From assembly GCA_964407615.1 (NCBI GenBank), contig CAYOWH010000001.1, positions 85,171-149,170 on the forward strand: a DNA stretch of 64,000 nt, written 5' to 3'. The notes beneath the pieces were generated by a model. That model was not told the DNA's origin, ran no database searches, and was given only the letters and a program-made list of their open reading frames with translations. This DNA comes from an uncultured Bacteriovoracaceae bacterium. Its GTDB lineage: Bacteria; Bdellovibrionota; UBA2428. Made by a program: the position numbers and the translations under genes. Below, piece after piece: positions 48,151 through 56,005 of this stretch. Within the stretch, counting starts at the first letter, position 1; every line of letters starts with the position of its first letter.

Positions 48151-48375
48151 ATGATAGATCCCCAGAATAAATATGATGCTGTTGTTTTAAATAGAATAAG
48201 CAATTTAGAAGAAAGAGTTAAAGATTTGATGATTGCTCATCAAAGGTTTGTATCTCTTACCCAAGTACAAGAAATCTATTCTGTATTAGTTACAGAAATT
48301 GAAAAGTTAAAAACAACTGTCTCGTCACTTGAGAAAAGAGTTTCAATACTAGAAGACCTTCCACCTATCGACTAG
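48151..48375 (+). CDS. Small coiled-coil protein (74 aa)
   Basis: AAGGA RBS before the ATG. Its N-terminus (DPQNKYDAVVLNRISNLEERV) echoes that of the preceding ORF (DNQKYTDPTQVLLDYRVGQLENKI). It is the last plus-strand gene. Confidence 0.6.
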   Translation: MIDPQNKYDAVVLNRISNLEERVKDLMIAHQRFVSLTQVQEIYSVLVTEIEKLKTTVSSLEKRVSILEDLPPID

Positions 48376-48964
48376 CTTTCATCATATTGTCTATGATATG
48401 TGCATCATTTTTAGTTATTAATTTATAAGTTTCTAACTTTGGAATCTCTACCATAACTGGTAGAATTCCTGTTTGATTAAAAATTAACTTAGAGAATTCA
48501 GTCTCGTCTCTATCTGTGTCTTTTAAAAGACATTCAAGTAACAAGTCTTTATGGAATAATTGCAATGGTTCAATGATACATTTTTGCGGATTTGAATTGT
48601 ATGCCTTTGATTGATTATCAAAAACAGTCTCGTCTAACCACGTAATTGCGGAAACAGAATCATAGTTTATTTTTTCAATTATTTTACCAATACTATTTAA
48701 AGAAAGTAATGGCATATTAATATCGACTACTAAAACTTTATCTGTTTTTACTTGCTTTAAAGCAAGTATTAGAGATTCTTTTCTAGTAGAAGCTGAATCA
48801 ATATCTAATCCAACTATAATGATATTCTTTGTAAATTCACTAAATCTATCATAAAGAATAGACCATAATGCTTTACCTCTAAATTGATAAAATACTTTTG
48901 GGATTCCAAGTCTTTTACCTTTACCACCACCCATAATAATTACTGTTAAGTTATTTTCTGTCAT
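48365..48964 (-). CDS. IspD/TarI-family sugar- or polyol-phosphate cytidylyltransferase-like protein (199 aa)
   Basis: N-terminal IIMGGGKGKRLGIPKVFYQFRGKALW fits the motif GxGxRxxxxxPKxF..l.Gk. STRKESLILALKQVKTDKVLVVDINMPLL fits R..S...AL....VLVhD.aRP. PLQLF and YKLITKNDAHI correspond to tPQ.F and NiKiT.peD in IspD. Confidence 0.65.
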   Translation of the reverse strand: MTENNLTVIIMGGGKGKRLGIPKVFYQFRGKALWSILYDRFSEFTKNIIIVGLDIDSASTRKESLILALKQVKTDKVLVVDINMPLLSLNSIGKIIEKINYDSVSAITWLDETVFDNQSKAYNSNPQKCIIEPLQLFHKDLLLECLLKDTDRDETEFSKLIFNQTGILPVMVEIPKLETYKLITKNDAHIIDNMMKASR

Positions 48965-49127
48965 AAAAACTCAAATTATTGTTATTGTCTTGTTTTTGTT
49001 TAGTTGCAAATTTCTGCTCAATCTCTAATAGTTTTCTGCTGATTCGTTCAACAGCAGTTTCCAAAGATTCTTTTCTTTTTTCACTCTCTGTTTTCTCATC
49101 TACTTTACCACTACAATTACAGCTCAT
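48951..49127 (-). CDS. Unlisted small ORF (58 aa: MSCNCSGKVDEKTESEKRKESLETAVERISRKLLEIEQKFATKQKQDNNNNLSFYDRK)
   Basis: Below the ORF-track size cutoff. Its ATG (49127-49125) forms an ATGA overlap with the stop of the 102-aa ORF. It fills the otherwise empty 48965-49123 gap and overlaps the IspD-like start by 14 nt. Confidence 0.4.
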   Translation of the reverse strand: MSCNCSGKVDEKTESEKRKESLETAVERISRKLLEIEQKFATKQKQDNNNNLSFYDRK

Positions 49128-49432
49128 TTTTGCTTATTTCCTTTTTTAGGTTTGATTTGTTTGTCTGCTTGTTCAGAAGTTAAAGCTTCTTCGGAAATTG
49201 TTTCTGAAACAATTTCTTCTTCTACAACTTGTGGAACTTCAACTAATTGACTCTTGAGTGATTCAATTTCTTCTTTCAAAGATTTATTTTCTTCTAAAAG
49301 TTTAGAAATTTGTTTTTGCAAATCTTGATCTGCGGGTGGAGCTGCTTTAGAGTTTAAAGCAGCTTGTAATGCTTCAACTTGATTTTGCAATTGAATAATT
49401 TTTGTCTTATCTGTTCTTCCTGAAAAATACAT
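49124..49432 (-). CDS. Coiled-coil protein with lysine-rich tail (102 aa)
   Basis: ORF 1 nt after the upstream stop. Heptad-rich LQNQVEALQAAL...LEENKSLKEEIESLKSQL. C-terminal KQIKPKKGNKQK. Confidence 0.6.
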   Translation of the reverse strand: MYFSGRTDKTKIIQLQNQVEALQAALNSKAAPPADQDLQKQISKLLEENKSLKEEIESLKSQLVEVPQVVEEEIVSETISEEALTSEQADKQIKPKKGNKQK

Positions 49433-49433
49433 A

Positions 49434-49931
49434 TTAAAATCCTGGTTTGAAAGGGGTGAATGTTAGATTTGGTTCCCACAGATCATGTGCTGGAGTGAAA
49501 TCTTCTCCAACTAATTGATAAGCAGTAAGCCCTGTCTTTGTAGCTGTTACAGCTACAATCTTATCTTCTTTTAACACATCTGCCATTCTTTCCGCAAGCC
49601 ATTTCTTTCCTTTAACATCCCATTCTAATTGTGGAGATTTAGAATCAAAATCAACAACTTGTGCAGAGTTTAAAGTAAGCTTTGTATTATCTTTACACAT
49701 TGAAAGAGTTACATCTTTAAAGAATCTAACTCTTCTTAACCAAGTAAAAATAGTATCAGCTAATGCTTCTTTACTTACTTGTTCTGTTAAATGCTTTCCA
49801 CCAGGAATCACATGTTTGATTTGTTTTTGCAATTGTGTGCCAGCAAGCTTTTTAACTAATGCTTGTTGATGCGCTACACTAGATCCTGCGGATTCAAGTT
49901 GTTTAATTGCTTCTGTCTTAGTAGTTGCCAT
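49434..49931 (-). CDS. Hypothetical protein (165 aa)
   Basis: Good RBS (AAGAGGA, 8 nt before the ATG at 49931). No family recognised. Confidence 0.65.
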   Translation of the reverse strand: MATTKTEAIKQLESAGSSVAHQQALVKKLAGTQLQKQIKHVIPGGKHLTEQVSKEALADTIFTWLRRVRFFKDVTLSMCKDNTKLTLNSAQVVDFDSKSPQLEWDVKGKKWLAERMADVLKEDKIVAVTATKTGLTAYQLVGEDFTPAHDLWEPNLTFTPFKPGF

Positions 49932-50608
49932 ATTACGTTTTCCTCTTGGGCTAATTGTTTTGGCGTTAAATTTAATAATTCACATCTTTGTTTTACAGTG
50001 TAACCTTCTTTTATTAGAAAGAATAAATATTTTACCCAATCACTTATTGATTCTATTTGATCAAAAATCAAAAGTAGATCTACACTTTCTTCATAAGAAG
50101 TTTGTCTATCAGTAAAATATAAAGACTTTTTATGAAAGCGCAAGTCTCTTTTGCACAATTGGTTTATTTTTCTAATATGTATAAAAATAGCATACTTCAT
50201 TTCCATAGCTATATGGTATATGAGTTTTCTTGGATTCATGTAATATGAATCCTTGTCGATACCAACTTTACTGTACACTTCTAGAAAACAAAAAACGATA
50301 TCATCGTAAACTTTAACATCTGATTTTTTGTTATATTTTAAATAAGTTTTTAATTTTTCCTCTACACTACCTATAGGTCTGTCATCTTTATCTAAGAATT
50401 TAAACACACTGTACATAGTAAAATCTTCATAAAGATTTTTATTCTTTATTAGTTTTGCCCAGTAATGAAATGTCTCTTCAAATATCTTTAATAAAAAAAG
50501 AATTGATTCTTCATGTTCTCTACCACGTTTATAGTGGTAAACAAATAGCTTATAATCGCACTCTACCTTTATAGGGATTATGTCTGTAGGGAAAATTTTA
50601 GTTTGCAT
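49874..50608 (-). CDS. Putative sigma-70-like / HTH transcription factor (244 aa)
   Basis: C-terminal DWVKYLFFLIKEGYTVKQRCELLNLTPKQLAQEENVIWQLLRQ resembles sigma region 4 / LuxR-type HTH. The remainder is divergent. The 3' end overlaps the next gene by 58 nt. Confidence 0.3.
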   Translation of the reverse strand: MQTKIFPTDIIPIKVECDYKLFVYHYKRGREHEESILFLLKIFEETFHYWAKLIKNKNLYEDFTMYSVFKFLDKDDRPIGSVEEKLKTYLKYNKKSDVKVYDDIVFCFLEVYSKVGIDKDSYYMNPRKLIYHIAMEMKYAIFIHIRKINQLCKRDLRFHKKSLYFTDRQTSYEESVDLLLIFDQIESISDWVKYLFFLIKEGYTVKQRCELLNLTPKQLAQEENVIWQLLRQKQLNNLNPQDLV

Positions 50609-50957
50609 TGTTTTTTTGTTGTTCTATATACGCTTTAAATAACTGAATCCAATCGTCAAGAAGCATAGTTACCAATGCTTCTTCTCTATCATCTTTTGTA
50701 ATTGCTGCAGGAAGTTTATTCTTTAATGCACAATCATCAATTGCTTGCCTCATTGCTGCTTTTATATTGCATTTAATTTGACGCTTAGCTTCTACATGAA
50801 TGTATTCTACTTCAACATCTGCAATTTCTTTACCACCAACTCTAGCTTGACCTAAACCTCTTTTAGCTTCAAGTCCTGTTTTCTCAGCAATATATTTTGC
50901 AAGTTCTCTTTCAAAACTTGCACCTTTAATTCTTGCGCCTCTTCCTCTGGTTGTCAT
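50598..50957 (-). CDS. Holliday-junction resolvase, Hjc/PD-(D/E)XK type (119 aa)
   Basis: RIKGASFERELAKYIAEKTGLEAKRGLGQ...IADVEVEYIHVEAKRQ matches the pattern kG..fEre....l...G..a.R...sg...D.......iEvK. Confidence 0.55.
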   Translation of the reverse strand: MTTRGRGARIKGASFERELAKYIAEKTGLEAKRGLGQARVGGKEIADVEVEYIHVEAKRQIKCNIKAAMRQAIDDCALKNKLPAAITKDDREEALVTMLLDDWIQLFKAYIEQQKNNAN

Positions 50958-51628
50958 TTTGCTTTATCCTTGATCTTGAACTTATATTTTTTAGGTTCAG
51001 GAATGTCTATTAAATCTATAAAGTTAAATTTCAAAGCTTGTTCAGCTGTAAAATAAAAACTAGTTTTACCTTGGAAATTTTGTTTCCAATCTTTTTCTTT
51101 TATCTTTGTTCGTTTCTTTAATATTCGATCCATTTGTAATTGATTTAAATTATATAAGTCTTGCATTGATTGAATTTGTTCTGTTGAAAGAACTTCAATG
51201 TAACTCATAACTACTTGATGATAAAAGAATAAACTGTTTTCACTAGCTATTCTATAATCTCCAGCAGCTAAAATAATCAAACCACCAGATGCACAAATAC
51301 CTGTTGCATAAATAATAACAGGAGATTGAATATTTCTTATACAATCATAGATTGCTAATGAAGCTGCAACTTCTCCACCATCAGTATTTAAAATTAAAGT
51401 AATTTGATCATGACTAATTTTATCTAATTCCATCAATTGACTAATTAAAGTTGTTGCTGAATCTTTATCAATTTCGTCTTTAAAACAAATAGTTCTACTT
51501 TCCACACCAAAGAATTTAATATCTGATGGATTCCAATAATGTTTAAATTTATCGTCACTTTCATTAGCTTCTAATGCAGCAATCAATTCTAGTAATTCTT
51601 TTTTATCCATTTGCATCTCCTGATTCAT
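50954..51628 (-). CDS. clpP: ClpP-family (S14) serine protease
   Basis: ITLILNTDGGEVAASLAIYDCIRNIQSPVIIYATGICASGGLIILAAGDYRIASENSLFFYHQV aligns with the ClpP core. Candidate triad residues are present: Ser in GICASGG, His in FYHQV, Asp in FNFIDLI. The likely true start is ATG 51610, with GGAG 6 nt upstream. Confidence 0.7.
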   Translation of the reverse strand: MNQEMQMDKKELLELIAALEANESDDKFKHYWNPSDIKFFGVESRTICFKDEIDKDSATTLISQLMELDKISHDQITLILNTDGGEVAASLAIYDCIRNIQSPVIIYATGICASGGLIILAAGDYRIASENSLFFYHQVVMSYIEVLSTEQIQSMQDLYNLNQLQMDRILKKRTKIKEKDWKQNFQGKTSFYFTAEQALKFNFIDLIDIPEPKKYKFKIKDKAK

Positions 51629-52040
51629 AGATTAGAGTTTTTAAAAACTCTGCATCTAATTTATACTTTAAATTATATGGTATCTCAATATAATTGTAAC
51701 CTGAATCAAGCAAAGCAGTTTTCTTTTTATTGTCTCTATACTTTATGTTATTGAAATTAATGCGTTTTTGAATAGCAGATTGATTTCCAAAACTTGTTGG
51801 TTTGTAATGCTGTTCTCCATGCAATTCAATTACTAAATTTAATGTTTCAATATACCAATCTACTGCATCTAGATTATTTGGATAAGTCTCAACTAAAGAA
51901 GAAACTAGAACTTCTTGATAGCATTGTATTTGTTTAAAATAAGCATCCGTACAAAATATTTCTCTAACTTTGTTATGAAAATCTGATGCACTTTCATAGT
52001 GGAAGAATTGATTCTTCCATGCAGTTTTTACCCTTGCCAT
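51603..52040 (-). CDS. DUF559/Vsr-like PD-(D/E)XK endonuclease-domain protein (145 aa)
   Basis: AVDWYIETLNLVIELHGEQHYKP...YRDNKKKTALLDSGYNYIEIPY matches the pattern Dfy....l.iE.dG.qH.....D..R...L...G..v.r. Confidence 0.45.
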   Translation of the reverse strand: MARVKTAWKNQFFHYESASDFHNKVREIFCTDAYFKQIQCYQEVLVSSLVETYPNNLDAVDWYIETLNLVIELHGEQHYKPTSFGNQSAIQKRINFNNIKYRDNKKKTALLDSGYNYIEIPYNLKYKLDAEFLKTLIYESGDANG

Positions 52041-52324
52041 TTACCTTGAACAATTTCTTTATCTTTAACAAAACCTACAACGCCTTTACTAAAGAAAAAT
52101 TGTAAAAGTTCTTGCCATTCAGTTTCATTTTCAATCTTTTGGAATTGTCCTAATCCTGTAATTTCTTCTAGATAAATTTCTTGAGAAGGTTCATGCAGCA
52201 GAGCTACATATTCTTTAAAGCCTCTAGTTGCAGTAGCAAGGTGAGTCCAAGGACCTCCTTGAAAAGTTACTAAAGGTAATTCAATTCTATTCTTACTTGC
52301 TAAAATAAATTCACCATGATTCAT
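52028..52324 (-). CDS. Hypothetical protein (98 aa)
   Basis: ORF overlapping both neighbours by about 13 nt. No motif recognised. Confidence 0.55.
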   Translation of the reverse strand: MNHGEFILASKNRIELPLVTFQGGPWTHLATATRGFKEYVALLHEPSQEIYLEEITGLGQFQKIENETEWQELLQFFFSKGVVGFVKDKEIVQGKWQG

Positions 52325-53078
52325 TTTGGCATTCCTTTCTTTTGGGGCAATTCATATTTATACAATATGGAATTCTTAAAAAATCTTTGTCTTGTTCGAA
52401 TCTTTTAATGTGTGAGATTAAGAAGTTTTTATTTTGTTGATCTAAATCTTTTAATTGTATTTCTTTGTAATACATTGCATTTGGACTTTTGTGAAATCTA
52501 TTTTCTGAGAAGATATCAAACGCATGAATGTATACGTTTATATTTGGGACTTTAAGATATTCATTTGCAAAACGCTTACCATAAATAAGTGTTGCGTTCA
52601 CTCCTAAATCCCATTGTAAATTTGTATCTTTTACTTTTGGTAGAAGATAAAGAAAATGTATAGATTTAGTTTTTAGATCTTTAATTACTCCGCAAAAATC
52701 CAATTCAATTAAAGTATTACTTATTTGGACTACAGGATTAAAGTGTCCAGTTACTGTAATAAACCTATGTCTTGGAAACTTTTCAAAGTAATTAGAAATA
52801 AATACATTTAAAGTGTTAGTGAATAATTCTACATTTGTTTCTTTTTGACGTTCATTTTCTATATTCTTAGTTACTCTATTAACAGCTTCTTTAACAATAT
52901 TTGTAATTTCCTCGTCAAAATCAAGATCATCTTCATAACGCAATTGCAATAATAAAAACTTCTCTACAACTTCTTTACATGCAATTTGTAATTCATTTTC
53001 ATAATCTATAAGTGCATTTAATTTATAAAGATGTGGACATACGGAATATGTCCTTAATTCACTAACTTCTAATTTCAT
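52311..53078 (-). CDS. Divergent Cas4/RecB-like PD-(D/E)XK nuclease (255 aa)
   Basis: N-terminal SELRTYSVCPHLYKL (Cas4-like s.l..y..CP..y). QhxxY-like LQWDLGVNATLIY. C-terminal Cys cluster YCINMNCPKRKEC has CX4CX5C spacing rather than the canonical CX2CX5C. Confidence 0.45.
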   Translation of the reverse strand: MKLEVSELRTYSVCPHLYKLNALIDYENELQIACKEVVEKFLLLQLRYEDDLDFDEEITNIVKEAVNRVTKNIENERQKETNVELFTNTLNVFISNYFEKFPRHRFITVTGHFNPVVQISNTLIELDFCGVIKDLKTKSIHFLYLLPKVKDTNLQWDLGVNATLIYGKRFANEYLKVPNINVYIHAFDIFSENRFHKSPNAMYYKEIQLKDLDQQNKNFLISHIKRFEQDKDFLRIPYCINMNCPKRKECQNESW

Positions 53079-53371
53079 TTAAACATACTGTCTTTGGGAG
53101 TTTGCGATTTATTAGCAAATGCTTCTTCTACATTCTTGCTAATATAAATAGGCACCATTACAAACTCTTTAGCTTTAGCTTGTAGGCAAGACATGATTTC
53201 ATAACCTTGAGGTGCGTATGAAGCTCCTGTAGGTGTTTTAATAATAGTTCTTGCAACTAATGCTTTTTTAATTCTATCTACTGTATTTGCTACATAGTTA
53301 TCTCCAGATTCAAGATAATAAAATTTCTTTTCTGAATTAACATAAATGCCTAAAGATTTGTCGTTCATCAA
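53075..53371 (-). CDS. Hypothetical protein (98 aa)
   Basis: ORF with ATGA-type overlaps on both sides. Confidence 0.55.
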   Translation of the reverse strand: MMNDKSLGIYVNSEKKFYYLESGDNYVANTVDRIKKALVARTIIKTPTGASYAPQGYEIMSCLQAKAKEFVMVPIYISKNVEEAFANKSQTPKDSMFK

Positions 53372-55866
53372 TCCTCACTGTCTTCTGCTTCATAATCATC
53401 TGCTTCTACAAATAGAACTTTTTTACCATCGGATTCTACAATCCCTTGTTCTTTTAATTCTCTGTATCTTTCAGTTTGATCAGTAGCCATTTTAGGGTTT
53501 ACTGGTTTTAATGTTACACTTGTTGGATCAAGATCCAAGAACATCTTTTCTTTAAATGAAGATATCTTGTTTTTAGTAAAATTCAAGAGTAATCTTGGAC
53601 GCATATTACCATCAACATCATTCCAGAATATTTCTGCATGTTCTTTACGATCATGAATGTCATTGTATACGTGGAAGATTATATTTGGTCTATACATTAA
53701 TGCACGTGCATCAGCAAGATCATCATCTACTGGTAATCTAAACTTACTATAATCCATTGGCATATTCTTTCTATATTCTGCAGTTGCAATCATACAGCAT
53801 TTATATTTTACTGTTAGATTCTTTTGCATATTACTAATTTGAGTAATTCTTGCAGTTTGATCTAGATTTAAAAAATCCATATAATTCATAGTATTGTCGC
53901 AAACTAAAAGAATCTTTTTATTAGGGTATCTTTGTCTATAATATCTTAGATTCTTTTCTAGTACTGAGAGTGTAGCACCATCTTCACTGTCAATAATAAC
54001 AAGTCTTTCTTGTTCTATCAATTCTCTGAAACGTTGGTTAGTAGCTTCCCAAGCTTCTTTGTATTCATGAGATTTATCTTTTAAATTAATATTAGGTTGC
54101 ACCATCATACCAATAGTTAATGGCAATGGATTTACAGTACTCATTCTGTATAGATTAGTTTTGATACGTGGTTCGATCTGTTCATAAGAGTCATCTGTAC
54201 TATGAATAATTACCAATGCATTTTCATCACTATTAGCAATATCAGTACCAATCATCAAGCAAGTTGCAGTTTTACCACTATTAGCTCTACCACCAACATA
54301 CATCAAACAACCAGAAGCCCAATTCATACCACCAGCTAAACTAGTTTCAAAGAAATTAAAGTAATCCATTTTAAAAGAAGTAGCTTGTTCATCAGAAGTA
54401 GATTCTTCTCTTTGTTGTTGAATTGCATCAAATCTAGTTAGTTGATAGTTAATACCGATCGTATTATTACGATATTCTTTCTCGATTGCTTCAATCGCTA
54501 ATTCATGGTTAGCCATATGAGAACGAATACCATCTGGATCTTCTTCTACTTCTTTAGTATACTTTTCTGCAGCACCTTTTAATCTATCTAATTTCTCATT
54601 AAACTTATTATTTCTAATTGAATTTACATCTGTGTTGATAGATGTTTCACTAATCCCAGTAAACTTTGACAATGCATTAATTAATAATTCTCTTTTAATT
54701 GCTGTGTCTTCTGCTGCGATTACAGGAATCATCTTCATACAAATAGAATCTGGAGATTCTGTATCACTAAATGTTTTCATAAGCCAATCAAATGATGATA
54801 CTTTTTCTAAACTTAAATAAAGTTCTGCATCTTCTGTTGCTTTAAGAAATTCATCTGGATCTTTTGCTTGAGATCCCTTAGGTGGCATTACTACGTAACA
54901 AGAGATACCACTAGTAGCTTTTAGAATATTTTCTAGAATTCTTTGAGTAGCTGCATAACCTGCTTTATCCCAATCAAAGTTTAAGAATACCTTTTTAATA
55001 CCTAATGTTTTTAAATAGATAAGATGTGATTCAGTTAAAGCAGTACCGCAAACAGCAACTGCGTTAGTAATACCTAATCTGTACAATTGCATTAAGTCGC
55101 CTTGACCTTCTAAAATGTACAAACCATTCTTCTTTGCAGATTGTAATGCAACATCAATACCCATTAATACTTGAGACTTCTTATAAATATGAGTCTCTGG
55201 ATTATTTACATACTTAGGTTGATGATCATTTACTACTAAGTTTCTACATGCAAAACCAATAGTTCTTTTAACATGATCTTTGATTGCAAAAGTAATCTTA
55301 TCTAAACCAAAGAATGAATGAAATTTAGTTTTGATAAAGTTGCTTTGATTAATAAAGGCTGCTTCCCAGCCTTTCTTTACTAATTGAGCAATCAAATCAC
55401 TTTCTGAGATTTGACCAATCACACAAGATTGTTGAATCCAATTACGCTCTACCAGATAAGGAATATCTACATTCCTTTGATTAGAAAGAATGTCAGAAAT
55501 ATCTGCTGCTAATTTGTATAGGTTGATCTTTTCTTTTTCTAGTAAAGATAATTCACCTGGTGAATATGGAATCTTTAGATATTCACATAATGTAGGAATA
55601 GTTACATGCAACCATTCAGGGCCATTAAGTGGTAAGTTATCTAGTATATTTGCAGCTGCAAATATATCACCTGTAAAACCACATGAAAAACACTTTACAG
55701 TTTCATTTGCAGTCTTTGGATTAAAATGCATAGATGGATCATTATCATTATGAGCAAAGCATTTTAATTTATTAGAACCTGCATCGATTCCCAACTTCTT
55801 TACTAAGTATTCTTTTAAATTTGCACGAAGCAGAGTGACTGCTTCGTTTATATCAGTTACATACAT
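53368..55866 (-). CDS. Bifunctional DNA primase-helicase (DnaG zinc finger + TOPRIM + DnaB-like helicase), 832 aa
   Basis: CHC2 zinc finger CFAHNDNDPSMHF...VKCFSCGFTGDIF. TOPRIM LYILEGQGDLMQL...FLNFDWDKAGYAATQR. Walker A GGRANSGKTATCL and Walker B KILLVCDN in the C-terminal half. Confidence 0.85.
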   Translation of the reverse strand: MYVTDINEAVTLLRANLKEYLVKKLGIDAGSNKLKCFAHNDNDPSMHFNPKTANETVKCFSCGFTGDIFAAANILDNLPLNGPEWLHVTIPTLCEYLKIPYSPGELSLLEKEKINLYKLAADISDILSNQRNVDIPYLVERNWIQQSCVIGQISESDLIAQLVKKGWEAAFINQSNFIKTKFHSFFGLDKITFAIKDHVKRTIGFACRNLVVNDHQPKYVNNPETHIYKKSQVLMGIDVALQSAKKNGLYILEGQGDLMQLYRLGITNAVAVCGTALTESHLIYLKTLGIKKVFLNFDWDKAGYAATQRILENILKATSGISCYVVMPPKGSQAKDPDEFLKATEDAELYLSLEKVSSFDWLMKTFSDTESPDSICMKMIPVIAAEDTAIKRELLINALSKFTGISETSINTDVNSIRNNKFNEKLDRLKGAAEKYTKEVEEDPDGIRSHMANHELAIEAIEKEYRNNTIGINYQLTRFDAIQQQREESTSDEQATSFKMDYFNFFETSLAGGMNWASGCLMYVGGRANSGKTATCLMIGTDIANSDENALVIIHSTDDSYEQIEPRIKTNLYRMSTVNPLPLTIGMMVQPNINLKDKSHEYKEAWEATNQRFRELIEQERLVIIDSEDGATLSVLEKNLRYYRQRYPNKKILLVCDNTMNYMDFLNLDQTARITQISNMQKNLTVKYKCCMIATAEYRKNMPMDYSKFRLPVDDDLADARALMYRPNIIFHVYNDIHDRKEHAEIFWNDVDGNMRPRLLLNFTKNKISSFKEKMFLDLDPTSVTLKPVNPKMATDQTERYRELKEQGIVESDGKKVLFVEADDYEAEDSED

Positions 55867-55886
55867 ATTCGAGTCCCTTACATGTT

Positions 55887-55905
55887 ATTATACACTGTGT
55901 GTATA
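55887..55905 (-). promoter_or_regulatory. Candidate promoter -10 (TATAAT, 55887-55892) overlapped by an inverted repeat TATACAC-tgt-GTGTATA (55889-55905), upstream of the primase-helicase gene
   Basis: The minus strand reads ...tatacacacagtgTATAATaacatgtAAGGGActcgaatATG. It has a perfect -10 hexamer, an SD-like AAGGGA, and a 7-bp-arm palindrome overlapping the -10, which is an operator-like arrangement. Confidence 0.35.
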
Positions 55906-56005
55906 GATTTGTGTTTTAAAATACAAATAAGTTTTTTATATTTCTTTTTTCTTTAAATATATCAAGTACTTACATTGTTGTCTTTTTAGTGTTGAGCTAA
56001 AGATA

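Noticed and set aside
48381-48412. ATCAT-attgtct-ATGAT-atgtgc-ATCAT-TTTTT as a bidirectional terminator at the convergence point
   Set aside because: The stems are only 5 bp and AT-only, so predicted stability is very low, and the structure lies within coding sequence of the IspD-like gene. I recorded it as an observation but did not call it a terminator.
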